Made by a program: the position numbers and the translations under genes
The notes under the pieces: model-generated
What the model saw: the letters and a program-made list of their open reading frames with translations, nothing else
Told to the model about the DNA's origin: nothing
Database searches by the model: none
Origin: Patescibacteria group bacterium
Lineage (GTDB): Bacteria > Patescibacteriota > Patescibacteriia > XYB2-FULL-38-15
DNA: 33,614 nt
Direction of reading: 5' to 3'
Assembly (NCBI GenBank): GCA_018818855.1
Contig: JAHIRI010000076.1
Location: forward strand, 1-33,614
In this document: positions 23,342-32,890 of the stretch, one piece after another
Layout of the letters: each line of letters begins with the position of its first letter
Position numbering within the stretch: position 1 is the first letter of the stretch

Positions 23342-24967
23342 CTATTTTAAATACTTCAATTGATAAAGCGTTTCCGCCCCGAAATTTTTTATTTCAACTA
23401 TTTCTATTTCTTCACGATTTATTCTGCCGTCATAAAGATAATCCATTTCCTTTTCCGCCAAAGGCAAACCATAATAATAAAGCGGCAAAATTTTTGCGAG
23501 CTCGGGAATTGCGGTGTAGGTGCTTTCTTCGCGAAGCGGAGTAATTACCCGATGCTCCGGAAAAAATATTTTGTCAGCGCGGTCGACAATGATCACAGCT
23601 TCTGAAGGAATTGTCACGTTCACCGTTTCGGCAATCGCGGCATAGTCCCAAACATTTTTATAAATATAAGCCAATCCGTCATTTTTATCAAAAAATGTAA
23701 GATTCACTCCAAAAAGAATAAAAATTAAACAAAGCAGGGCGGCAAAAAATTTTTCTTTCAGGGGGCGGATAAAATCAACCAACTTTATAAGAGTAAACGC
23801 AACGAGCGGCAATGACAAAATATAAATCGGCAGCCAATAGCGCGCGTAAGATGTTCCGATCGACGCCTCTTTCGCCGGATTATCATAAAAAAACCAACTG
23901 CCATAATACAAAAATAAAAACAAAGAAATAAATCCGCCGAGCGACAAATAAACTATAATTTTTTTATCCAATTTTCCGGCAACCAATTTTTTTATAAAAA
24001 CTGACGCGCCAAAAGCCGCGGGAATGGCAAACCACCAAAACATTCCGACAAAATACGTGGAGAAATTTTTCAAAACATTTTTAATCTGGAGACCGAAGGG
24101 AAAAATAAATTTCAAGGCCGTAGCAAACCACGCCGTTCCCCCGCCGACCGCCGCACCTTGCCCCAAATTATAAGCTGTTGTGAACGGATCGCCGTAAATC
24201 ATCCGATTATAAAGAAAGACTGGAACAAAAGCTACGCCCGCGGAAAACAAAAAAATAGCTACCTCAGACCATTTTAAATTTTTTCTATAAATTAAAAATA
24301 ATAAAAACAACGCCGCGCCAACCCAAATTACCTCTGACAACCGGACAGCCATGGCCAAACCAAAAAACAAACCGGACAAAACAAAATTAACATAATTCCA
24401 AGATGCCGTTCCCGGTTTTTTACGACCCACTAAAAAATAAAACCCCGCGAGCAACAATGAAACAAATAAAACATTCGGAAAAAATCCGCGGCTCGCGTAA
24501 TACCAAAAGGCCGGATGAACCAAAAGCAAAAAAGAAGACCAAAGAGCAATCCGCCGGTCAAAAATACTTTTTACAATTCCGTAGAGAAAAAAAACTGCCG
24601 CACCGGCAAAAAACGGCGTGAGCCACCAAATCACACCTAACGTAAAAATTTTTGCCAACCAACCATAAATTAAAATCAATCCGAGAAAACTCCCGGGAAT
24701 AAGATTTCCGCCCGCTGTCGTAATGCTTCGAGGATGGATTATCCCTCCGGTCGTAAGATTCAACGGCTCAAAAACTTTTAGCGACCCCTCCGCAACATAA
24801 TTTTTTATAAAAAAATAATTAGCCGCTTCGTCCGGCGAATTAAACTTAGCCGATTCAGCCGCCGTCCCTAAATAAAACCAAGAATAAATAAAGAAAAAAA
24901 TAACTGCCAAAAAGATTAGCCCCGCCTCTGCCCTATTTTCCTTTATCCATTTTGTGATAGAATACAT
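23342..24967 (-). CDS. Polytopic GT-C-fold glycosyltransferase (GT39/GT83-like, ArnT/PMT family)
   Basis: 541 aa with more than 10 TM segments. An acidic motif in the first extracytoplasmic loop (FNSPDEAANYFF) and a C-terminal soluble domain. Confidence 0.65.
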   Translation of the reverse strand: MYSITKWIKENRAEAGLIFLAVIFFFIYSWFYLGTAAESAKFNSPDEAANYFFIKNYVAEGSLKVFEPLNLTTGGIIHPRSITTAGGNLIPGSFLGLILIYGWLAKIFTLGVIWWLTPFFAGAAVFFLYGIVKSIFDRRIALWSSFLLLVHPAFWYYASRGFFPNVLFVSLLLAGFYFLVGRKKPGTASWNYVNFVLSGLFFGLAMAVRLSEVIWVGAALFLLFLIYRKNLKWSEVAIFLFSAGVAFVPVFLYNRMIYGDPFTTAYNLGQGAAVGGGTAWFATALKFIFPFGLQIKNVLKNFSTYFVGMFWWFAIPAAFGASVFIKKLVAGKLDKKIIVYLSLGGFISLFLFLYYGSWFFYDNPAKEASIGTSYARYWLPIYILSLPLVAFTLIKLVDFIRPLKEKFFAALLCLIFILFGVNLTFFDKNDGLAYIYKNVWDYAAIAETVNVTIPSEAVIIVDRADKIFFPEHRVITPLREESTYTAIPELAKILPLYYYGLPLAEKEMDYLYDGRINREEIEIVEIKNFGAETLYQLKYLK

Positions 24968-25017
24968 AAAAGTAAGTCTTTTTACTTTCTATTTTCTAGA
25001 TCTCACTTGCTAACCAA

Positions 25018-27153
25018 ATGACTCTCAGATTACCTTATTGTATCATCATTTCTTTGATTTTAATAGTCGGCTTGCTCGGCAATTTTTTCCTTTGGGAAAG
25101 CCCGCTTATCGGCCTGACCTTCGGTCCGGCTTACCTTATTTTTTACGGATTTTTACTGGGTTTTATCCTCTTCCGCGGCCGGCCTGATCTTTTTAAATTT
25201 ATCTACGGACTTTTATTTTTTATCGCCGGTCTTTCTCTTTTTGGCGCCCTGATTTACTTTTTTTATAAATTAAATCCTTTGGCGCTCGGAACGCTTGTCC
25301 TTCTCCCGCCGTTTGTCCTTCTCCCCTTTTTACGTTTTGGAAATCATCCTGAATCAGAAAAACATTTCAATCCCCTCCAAATCAATCCTCATATTTTACG
25401 GACGACGCTGCTTCTAGCGGCATTTATTTTTTTAACGGTTCTAAACGTCCGCTATCTTTTGGCCGGGGGCACAGTGGAGGCCATCCGCAGCCCCTGGAAA
25501 ATTTTACCTTTTGATTTTTTCCTCACTTATTTTGCCGCCACCCTCGTTCTCCTATATTTTGTTTTAAAAAGCCAAAAAGAAGGATTAAATTTAATTTTAA
25601 TTTCCGCCCATACTTTTGTCACAGTCGCCCTCGCGCTTTTTGTCTACCGTATCGGCTATGGCTTTGATCCTTTCATCCACCAGGCCACGGAAAAAATTAT
25701 TCTCACCCAGGGTTTTATTTTACCAAAACCATTTTATTATCTAGGCCAATATTCGCTTGTTGTATTTTTGGCAAAAATTTTTCACACGTCAGTCGTCTGG
25801 GTGGATCGCCTGCTTTTGCCGACCTTGATTTCTGTTTTTCTTCCAGCCACAATTTATTTTTCTCTTCGGCCGTTTACCGAAAGAAACAAAACTCCGGGCG
25901 CAAGTTTGGCCGCCCTTTTTATTTTTCTTCTGCCCTTCACTTCTTTCCTTGTCACAACGCCGCAGGGTCTGGCTAATTTTTTTCTTCTTATTATAATTTT
26001 CTTCGGCATTCTTGTTTTGCGCCGTGAATTTTCCCTCGCCGCTCTTTGGTTTTTGGGCTTTGTTACACTTTTAACCCATCCTCTGGCTGGCATTCCTGCG
26101 TTAATTTTTCTACTCCTTCTCACTGTTTTTACTTTTTTCAAAAAACAGCAGGGAATTTTTGAATTTGTCCGCCATGTTGTTTTTATAATGAGTACAATTC
26201 TTGCCGCCGTGGCCATTCCTCTCGTTTTTCTCGCGACGCTTTTTTTACTTAGAGGCCCGGCCTCAATTATTTCTTTAAAAACGATCGCAGGCGCAGGAAA
26301 TCTCCTTGGCGCGCTTGGCTGGTCAATGTCAATTTGGGTAAATCATTTTCGTCCCCTCTATGATTTGGTCTACACCTATGGAGAGATTATTCCTTTTATC
26401 CTTCTTGCCGTCGGGCTCGCCGGCTATTCTTTATTCAAAAAAACTCTACCAACTGTTTTAGTATACCTCACTGCTTTTTCCGCCCTGATTACAAACTACG
26501 CTCTCTTAAAACTTTTTGTTGATTTTCCTTCACTCATCAAATACGAGCAAGGAATTTATCCCGGTCGCGTTTTGGAAATAAGTTTTTATTTTCTGATTCC
26601 CCTTTTTCTCTTTGCTCTTTATAAATTTTTTGAAAAGTTGATGGAAGGCAAGAGTCGCGGACTGAAATTCTTTTTTATTTTAATTTTTTCCGTATTTTTA
26701 ACTTTTTCTCTTTATTACTCTTATCCCAAAGACGACGGCGAAGATTATCCGATCGACCGCGGATATTCTGTTTCAATTTTTGATTTAAATACTGTTCATA
26801 AAATTGACGAAGATGCCGCCGGTGCGGACTATGTTGTTTTAGCTAATCAAAGCGTTTCTGCCGCGGCAATAAGAGAATTTGGATTCAATAAATACTACGG
26901 TCCATATTTTTATTATCCAATTCCGACCGGCGATCCGCTTTATCAATATTATTTGGATATGGTTTATCAAACGCCCTCGCGCGCCACAGTTGCCGAAGCC
27001 GCCAATTTAACCGGCGCAAAAACAGTCTATTTTGTCTTAAATAAATACTGGACTGATTCAGATAAAATCTTAGAATCCGCTCGCCCCACTGCCGACGAAA
27101 CCATAGAAATCGGCAACGGAAAAATTTGGATTTTCAAATATCAATTAAAATAA
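25018..27153 (+). CDS. Very large polytopic membrane protein with a C-terminal soluble domain (possible GT-C/polymerase-like)
   Basis: 711-aa ORF with about 15 or more hydrophobic segments. Divergent from the GT-C gene. No signature motif recognised. Confidence 0.6.
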   Translation: MTLRLPYCIIISLILIVGLLGNFFLWESPLIGLTFGPAYLIFYGFLLGFILFRGRPDLFKFIYGLLFFIAGLSLFGALIYFFYKLNPLALGTLVLLPPFVLLPFLRFGNHPESEKHFNPLQINPHILRTTLLLAAFIFLTVLNVRYLLAGGTVEAIRSPWKILPFDFFLTYFAATLVLLYFVLKSQKEGLNLILISAHTFVTVALALFVYRIGYGFDPFIHQATEKIILTQGFILPKPFYYLGQYSLVVFLAKIFHTSVVWVDRLLLPTLISVFLPATIYFSLRPFTERNKTPGASLAALFIFLLPFTSFLVTTPQGLANFFLLIIIFFGILVLRREFSLAALWFLGFVTLLTHPLAGIPALIFLLLLTVFTFFKKQQGIFEFVRHVVFIMSTILAAVAIPLVFLATLFLLRGPASIISLKTIAGAGNLLGALGWSMSIWVNHFRPLYDLVYTYGEIIPFILLAVGLAGYSLFKKTLPTVLVYLTAFSALITNYALLKLFVDFPSLIKYEQGIYPGRVLEISFYFLIPLFLFALYKFFEKLMEGKSRGLKFFFILIFSVFLTFSLYYSYPKDDGEDYPIDRGYSVSIFDLNTVHKIDEDAAGADYVVLANQSVSAAAIREFGFNKYYGPYFYYPIPTGDPLYQYYLDMVYQTPSRATVAEAANLTGAKTVYFVLNKYWTDSDKILESARPTADETIEIGNGKIWIFKYQLK

Positions 27154-27162
27154 GACTCAAAC

Positions 27163-27189
27163 AAAAAACCGTCGGAAAACTTCCGACGG
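27163..27189 (-). terminator. Hairpin with a T-run on the minus strand
   Basis: Stem ccgtcggaa (27169-27177) / ttccgacgg (27181-27189), preceded by the A-run 27163-27168. Confidence 0.5.
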
Positions 27190-27195
27190 CTACTC

Positions 27196-27223
27196 GCCAC
27201 CAACTCGCTTGGTGGCTTTTTTT
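27196..27223 (+). terminator. Rho-independent terminator of the 711-aa gene
   Basis: Stem gccaccaa (27196-27203) / ttggtggc (27209-27216), followed by a T-run. Confidence 0.7.
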
Positions 27224-27260
27224 ATTTTTAACTCCACCCGAAGGCGAAATAAATTTATGG

Positions 27261-27307
27261 CCTGAGCTTGTCGAAGGCCCTTCGACTCCGCTCCGCTACG
27301 CTCAGGG
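27261..27307. repeat. Repeat family C: imperfect palindrome cctgagcttgtcgaagg / ccttcgac ... gctcaggg
   Basis: Nested inverted repeats cctgagc/gctcagg and gtcgaagg/ccttcgac. The right end carries the stop and last codons of GT4 27302-28504. Confidence 0.6.
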
Positions 27308-28504
27308 AATATATTTTATTAGCTGTTGGATATAATTTTCAATCCCAAAATCCTCTACCGACTTTGCGGCTACTTGCCGCATTTTTTGTAATTCGTCGCG
27401 GCTTGCGGCGGCGTGCTTTAAAACACGCGCTAAATCTTCGGCGTTACCGGCCCGAAATGTAAATCCGTTTTCACCGTCTTTCACTAATTCCGCCACGCCT
27501 CCGATTTTTGCGGCCAAAACCGGCACGCCGGCAGCTAAACTTTCGTAAATCACACTCGGTGAATTTTCGTAGCAAAGCGACGGAACAACCGTCAGATCAA
27601 CTAAATTAAAAATCTTCACCGCTTCTTCGCCAACCAACTTTCCGTGAATCACAAATCGGCTATCTAGACCGACCATTTTTTTGAGCGTCTCCATTTTCGA
27701 TCCATCACCGGCGATATGAAGTTTAAAATCAATATCTATCTCTTTCAAAACATCAACTAAAAACAAGCTTCCTTTATGCTCTTCTATCTGACCAAGATAT
27801 AGAAGTTTTAAAATACTGTTATCCATCGGAATACCGGCCGGATAAATCCGCTCCACTGGGTTTGGCAGCACTTCTTTTTTTGATTTTTTGAAAAATCCCT
27901 TTTGCGCGTAAAAATCCAAAAGCCATTTTGACGGCGAAACAACGACATCCGGTGAATTAAACAATAACCGACAAATGGCTTCATAAATTTTTCGAAGCCA
28001 TGTCCTTTGCTCCCAATTATTTTCTTTACCCCTCAAAATCAAACCGCTCGGCACAGCCAATTGCACATCATGAAGCGTGTGAATATGTTTAATCCCAAGC
28101 CCGCGGATCATGCGCGGCAATAAAAACCCGATTCCCATTAAATTGTGCGTTATTACAACATCGGGTTTTTCTTCTTTTAAAATCTTTTTCACGACAGCGC
28201 GGCTGTGACAATTAAACATATCCAAAAAATGCCACTTCACGCGCCAAAGAACATTATGTTTATGGCCATCCAGATAATAATAAATATTGGCCGGATAAAA
28301 TCGATAAACTTTTATTCCATTCTCTTCGGTCGCGGCGGGTTTAAAACTTTTTCGTCCAGACCACTGTTTTGTGGAAATAACAAAAACCTCATGACCAGCG
28401 GCGGCTAAACCTTGCGCCACCCGTTCGGCAATTTTCTCTGCTCCCCCGCGATAAATCGGCGGATATAAATTTGAGATGAGACAAATTTTCATATTTTTGG
28501 TCAT
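27302..28504 (-). CDS. Glycosyltransferase family 4
   Basis: 400-aa ORF. The true start may be MKICLIS at 28492. Contains GGAEK..., and the C-terminal ENSPSVIYESLAAGVPVLAAKIGG motif. Confidence 0.85.
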   Translation of the reverse strand: MTKNMKICLISNLYPPIYRGGAEKIAERVAQGLAAAGHEVFVISTKQWSGRKSFKPAATEENGIKVYRFYPANIYYYLDGHKHNVLWRVKWHFLDMFNCHSRAVVKKILKEEKPDVVITHNLMGIGFLLPRMIRGLGIKHIHTLHDVQLAVPSGLILRGKENNWEQRTWLRKIYEAICRLLFNSPDVVVSPSKWLLDFYAQKGFFKKSKKEVLPNPVERIYPAGIPMDNSILKLLYLGQIEEHKGSLFLVDVLKEIDIDFKLHIAGDGSKMETLKKMVGLDSRFVIHGKLVGEEAVKIFNLVDLTVVPSLCYENSPSVIYESLAAGVPVLAAKIGGVAELVKDGENGFTFRAGNAEDLARVLKHAAASRDELQKMRQVAAKSVEDFGIENYIQQLIKYIP

Positions 28505-28584
28505 TGCGAGGAGCCGAGCGACGAAGCAATCCCATTGTCATCAGCGGAATGAGATTGCCGCGCACCTACGGCGCTCGCAATGAC
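28500..28584. repeat. Repeat family B, copy 2, embedded in the 3' end of a GT4 gene
   Basis: Termini gtcattgcgag (28500-28510) and ctcgcaatgac (28574-28584). Shares blocks with 21086-21167. Confidence 0.75.
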
Positions 28585-29682
28585 ATTCTCCAACTTCTCC
28601 CCCACTTTTTTTAAATCATATTTTTCCAAAACTATTTCCCGGCCATGCTTGCCAAAATCTTTCGCCTCTTCCGGATGATCTAAGAAATAGTTTATTTTTT
28701 TTGCCAACTCTTTGGCGTTGCCCGGCATTACTGTAAATCCATTTACACCATATTCAACTACACTCCGCACGCCAGGAAGATTTGAAGCAATAACTGGTTT
28801 ACCACATGCCGCCGCTTCAATTAAAACTATGCCAAACGCCTCAGACTGATCAAGCGAAGGCAAAACCACAACATCTGCCAGATTATAATAATTGGGTAAA
28901 TCTTCCGCCGCCACCGACCCGGCAAAAATTACTTGATCGCCTAAATTCAATCCTTCTACCATTTTTTCATAATGCGACCGAAGATCGCCGTCGCCCACCA
29001 CTAAAATTTTTGCGTTTTTAATTTCTGCTTTTGCTTTTATTAAAACTTCCAAACCTTTAAAATAATGTGCCCGATCTAGACCACCGACAAATAAAACCGT
29101 CCGTCCTGCGGCCAGACCAAATTTTTCCGCAAGATCTTGCCGCGGCTCGGCTGGTGTAAATTTTTCCGCATCCACGCCAAAGGGCACTTCAAAAAACTTC
29201 TCCGGATTTTTTTCTAAAATATTTTTGGTGTTTGAATTTTTCGCGTAATCCAACGAGGAAACAATAATTTTATCCGCCCGGCCCAAAATTTTTGGCATCC
29301 AATTTTTCGTGTGCCAACGAAATAATTTTCCAAGCCACCCGCTTCCCACAACATCATGATGATAAGTTATTATTAATTTAAATTTTCCCCTTACAACTTC
29401 TGCTCCTCCAAAAAATGGATAATGAAGATGGACTACATCGAAGCCATTTAATTTCCACCAAAGTTGCGGAAGAAAAGCCGCGTTGCCATATTTTAAAAAC
29501 GGCCTCAAGCGAAAAAGGCGGAAATTATTTTCTTGTTCTTTATTTTTTTCTCCCGGCCGACGCGGCACAAAAACTGAAATATCATGACCGCGACGCGCCA
29601 ATTCCCGCGCTTCAGTATAAGCCGCTGTTCCAATTCCGCCGCGATACGGCGGAAAAACCGGTGAGACAATCGCGATTTTCAT
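28501..29682 (-). CDS. Glycosyltransferase family 4 with a repeat-encoded C-terminal tail
   Basis: 393 aa. MKIAIVSPVFPPYRGGIG, and SEAFGIVLIEAAACGKPVIASNLPG. The last 27 aa (VIASAVGARQSHSADDNGIASSLGSSQ) are read from repeat B. Confidence 0.85.
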   Translation of the reverse strand: MKIAIVSPVFPPYRGGIGTAAYTEARELARRGHDISVFVPRRPGEKNKEQENNFRLFRLRPFLKYGNAAFLPQLWWKLNGFDVVHLHYPFFGGAEVVRGKFKLIITYHHDVVGSGWLGKLFRWHTKNWMPKILGRADKIIVSSLDYAKNSNTKNILEKNPEKFFEVPFGVDAEKFTPAEPRQDLAEKFGLAAGRTVLFVGGLDRAHYFKGLEVLIKAKAEIKNAKILVVGDGDLRSHYEKMVEGLNLGDQVIFAGSVAAEDLPNYYNLADVVVLPSLDQSEAFGIVLIEAAACGKPVIASNLPGVRSVVEYGVNGFTVMPGNAKELAKKINYFLDHPEEAKDFGKHGREIVLEKYDLKKVGEKLENVIASAVGARQSHSADDNGIASSLGSSQ

Positions 29683-29685
29683 AAC

Positions 29686-30744
29686 TTACCAAAAAATTAA
29701 CTGACGAATAATCTTCCAATAAACATTGAGGACTGGATTTACAAAATATTTTAAAATGGGGTTGGCGATTTCTTGAAACTCTAATTTCCCAACAATTAAT
29801 TTCGCCAACTGCCTGTCCGACACCTTTCTTAACTTCACCTTTGTCTTTTTATTTTTAATCATCCGTTGCCAATTCTTCCAGTGGAAAAAATATCCATAAA
29901 CTTTCAACTTTGTCGTAAACAATCCGCGAAGCGCCGCGTAAAAAAGCAGTCCCAACTCCATAACGAAAAATGCCGGAAAAATTAAAATCAATGTGCCAAG
30001 CCGAAAATTTTCAAACATCATAATCAACCGATTTCGCTCCATATAATAAAACTGCAAAATACTCCGGGAGAATTGATATTTATGAAACATTACTGATTTT
30101 TCTGTAAGAACTATTTTATATCCCGCCTGCCGAATCCGCCAGGACAAATCCGTATCCTCGTGATACATAAAAAATTCTGGATCGAAAAGCCCTACTTCGC
30201 GCAAAACTTTTGCAGGATAAATAGCAGCCGCTCCTGATGCGTAGAAAAACTGTCTTGCGACCGGTATTTCTAAATCAGAAATTTTTTCTCCATAACCTTC
30301 GCAAAATCCAAATCCCAAAAAATGCATCTCATTTCCCAACGAATTAATTTTTTCCGTTTCCGGATGAAGCCGGATTAATGATTGAACTGCGCCAATATTT
30401 TTATCTGCCTCAGCCGCGGTGACTAACTCTTCCAACCAACGCGGATCGGCGATTGTGTCCATATTAAAAAGAACTATGTAATCATAGTTCGCATCTATCG
30501 CCTTTTGCATGGCCAAATTACTTCCCAAAGCAAACCCAGTATTTTTTTCTTCCAAAATAATTTCCGCTTCCGGCGCAGTTTCTCTCAAATATTTTTCGGT
30601 TTCAGCTGACGTTGCATTATCAACTATAAAAATCTTAAAGCTATCCTTGGGATAGCTTTGCTTACGTAGACTCGCGATACATTCCGGCAGATATTTTTTC
30701 GCGTAGTCTTTATAATTTATGAGAATAACTGCAACTCTTGGCAT
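29686..30744 (-). CDS. Glycosyltransferase family 2 (rhamnosyltransferase-like) with a C-terminal membrane segment
   Basis: 352 aa. VAVILINYKDY...FIVDNATS, and YHEDTDLSWR. Confidence 0.85.
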   Translation of the reverse strand: MPRVAVILINYKDYAKKYLPECIASLRKQSYPKDSFKIFIVDNATSAETEKYLRETAPEAEIILEEKNTGFALGSNLAMQKAIDANYDYIVLFNMDTIADPRWLEELVTAAEADKNIGAVQSLIRLHPETEKINSLGNEMHFLGFGFCEGYGEKISDLEIPVARQFFYASGAAAIYPAKVLREVGLFDPEFFMYHEDTDLSWRIRQAGYKIVLTEKSVMFHKYQFSRSILQFYYMERNRLIMMFENFRLGTLILIFPAFFVMELGLLFYAALRGLFTTKLKVYGYFFHWKNWQRMIKNKKTKVKLRKVSDRQLAKLIVGKLEFQEIANPILKYFVNPVLNVYWKIIRQLIFW

Positions 30745-30759
30745 AAATTAACTTACAAT

Positions 30760-31119
30760 CTATTTTTTTTCATCAGTCATCTGCTGGCCGTTGTTTTCCG
30801 TCTCGTCTTTCATGGCCACAGTCCTGACGACTTTTGTAATATTTCTTTCAATTTTTTCTATTTTAATCGTCATCTGAAAAATAATATAGAAAATCAAAAC
30901 GATCGAAAGATAAACAACAAGATCAGCCCCGCGGCCCACACCGACAAGATCTGCCATGAAGCTCGTAGTATCGGGCAACAAAATTATTATTCCCACTACA
31001 AACCAAAATCCGATCCAAAAAAATAAATCTCTAGATGTTAAAATCCCCTGCCGCCACTTTATAACCACGCGGTAGATGATTAACAAAATCAAAAAACTCA
31101 AAAGATACTGGATGAACAT
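30760..31119 (-). CDS. DUF2304-family small membrane protein
   Basis: 119 aa with 3-4 TM segments. Sequence style and its position directly downstream of a DPM-synthase-like GT2 match DUF2304. Confidence 0.7.
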   Translation of the reverse strand: MFIQYLLSFLILLIIYRVVIKWRQGILTSRDLFFWIGFWFVVGIIILLPDTTSFMADLVGVGRGADLVVYLSIVLIFYIIFQMTIKIEKIERNITKVVRTVAMKDETENNGQQMTDEKK

Positions 31120-31126
31120 ATAAAAA

Positions 31127-31792
31127 TTACTTTATATTTTTTCCTAAGAATAAATCAAATAAAATTTTCAAATAATCAGGCAATCTCTGACCGCGCCGAA
31201 TTTGAGGCGAAAAATATTTAACCGTTACCGGCACTTCCTCATAGCGTAAACTATGCCGTCCGATTTTTTCTAAAATTTCCGAGGCGTGCGCCATGCGATT
31301 TTGCTCAATCGTAATTTTTTTTGCCGCCTCGCGAGAAAAAGCCCTAAATCCGTTATGCGTATCCGACAATTTTAGACCCGAAGTCATTCTAGTGAAAATT
31401 GTTGCCCCCCTCAAAAAAAACTTTTTAATCGGCGGGATTTCAGACTTCAAAAATCGAGCTCCCAAAACAACGTCTGCCCGGCCTTCTCTCACCGGCTGAA
31501 TAACATGAGCGATTTCTTCAGCGACAAATTGTCCGTCCGCGTCATAAGTCACAACAACATCAGCTCCGCGAAGAAGGGCTACTCTTTTCCCGGTTTCCAG
31601 CGCCGCGCCCTGGCCGCGATTTAAAAAATGAGAACAGACAACCGCGCCCGCTCTTTTCGCGTGTTCAATGGTGTGATCAACCGAACCATCATCAACTACA
31701 ACCACTTCACTGACATATTTTTGCACTTCCATCACAACATCAGCGATCGTTCTTTCTTCGTTGTAAGCGGGAATTATCGCAATTGTTTTCAT
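31127..31792 (-). CDS. Glycosyltransferase family 2, polyprenyl-phosphate sugar synthase-like (DPM1-like)
   Basis: 221 aa. IIPAYNEERTI, VVVDDGSVDHT, DADGQF. Confidence 0.85.
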   Translation of the reverse strand: MKTIAIIPAYNEERTIADVVMEVQKYVSEVVVVDDGSVDHTIEHAKRAGAVVCSHFLNRGQGAALETGKRVALLRGADVVVTYDADGQFVAEEIAHVIQPVREGRADVVLGARFLKSEIPPIKKFFLRGATIFTRMTSGLKLSDTHNGFRAFSREAAKKITIEQNRMAHASEILEKIGRHSLRYEEVPVTVKYFSPQIRRGQRLPDYLKILFDLFLGKNIK

Positions 31793-31796
31793 ACCA

Positions 31797-31831
31797 AATT
31801 ACTAATTACTATTTACCAATTACTGATTACT
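31797..31831. repeat. Five tandem 7-nt units (aattact aattact atttacc aattact gattact) in the spacer between the SDR gene and GT2
   Basis: Read directly from the sequence. Confidence 0.7.
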
Positions 31832-31837
31832 CGATTT

Positions 31838-32863
31838 TTATCTTTCATCAACCACGCCCTGCTGTCTAAGAAGCGGTTTATATGCCTGGGTATAATCAAT
31901 TGATTTTTGCAAGCCGTCTTCAAGCCGAACCAGCGGCACCCAGCCCAGCAATTCTTTCGCCCGACTTGTGTCAGGCAAACCCAGAGCGGTCATAAAGAGC
32001 AGCGGTTTTTCAAAAATCATTTTTGATTCCGAGCCGGTCATAGAAATGATTTTATTTGCTACATCCAAAATTTTCAAATCTTCATTACTCCCGAGATTTA
32101 TTGGACCAATATCAGACGGCGCGGCCATAAGTTTAATAAGTCCGGAAACAATATCATCAACATAACAAAGTGAAGTGGAAAAACTTTCATCACCGTAAAT
32201 TATCAAATCCTTATTATCCAGGGAATCAATAATAAAATCCGGAACCATTTCTCCATCAAATAATCTTTCGCGCGGGCCGTAAGTTCTGAAAATTCTCGCG
32301 ATCTTTGCATCAAGCCCGTGCATCTGGCGATACGTTTCAACCATTGTTTCGGCAAATCTTTTTCCTTCATCATAGGAACCGCGCGGCGTAAGATGATTAA
32401 CGCAACCAAGCGTATCTTCCTTAAAAGATTCTTTATCTTCCTGCCGCGGGCCATAAACCACAGACGATGAGGCATGAACAACTTTTGCTTTATACTTCGC
32501 CGCTAAATCCAAAACATTTTTCATTCCCACGGAGTTAGCTTCAAGTGTCGCCGCTTTAAATTTATCAAAATTTTTTGCTGAAGTTGGACAAGCTAAGTGA
32601 TAAATTTCAGCAATTCCTTGAAATTTCACTTTAAAACGCTCGAGCTCGGGAAGAGTTTCAAAATCAACAGGTTCACAAATATCGTGTCTAATAAAAACAA
32701 AATCCGGATGCTGGAGAAGAAAATCAATATTTGAAACATTGCCCGTAGAAAAATTATCTAAACAAATCACTCGACTGGTTTTAATTAATTTTTCACAAAG
32801 ATGCGAACCAATAAACCCCGCGCCGCCGGTTACCAGAATATTCTTTTTTTCAAGATTTTCCAT
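31838..32863 (-). CDS. UDP-glucuronate decarboxylase-like NAD-dependent SDR (UXS family)
   Basis: 341 aa. GGAGFIGSHLCEKL, SSSVVYG, YDEGKRFAETM. Confidence 0.8.
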   Translation of the reverse strand: MENLEKKNILVTGGAGFIGSHLCEKLIKTSRVICLDNFSTGNVSNIDFLLQHPDFVFIRHDICEPVDFETLPELERFKVKFQGIAEIYHLACPTSAKNFDKFKAATLEANSVGMKNVLDLAAKYKAKVVHASSSVVYGPRQEDKESFKEDTLGCVNHLTPRGSYDEGKRFAETMVETYRQMHGLDAKIARIFRTYGPRERLFDGEMVPDFIIDSLDNKDLIIYGDESFSTSLCYVDDIVSGLIKLMAAPSDIGPINLGSNEDLKILDVANKIISMTGSESKMIFEKPLLFMTALGLPDTSRAKELLGWVPLVRLEDGLQKSIDYTQAYKPLLRQQGVVDER

Positions 32864-32890
32864 ATTTATTTTTTTTATTTAAATCTTTAA

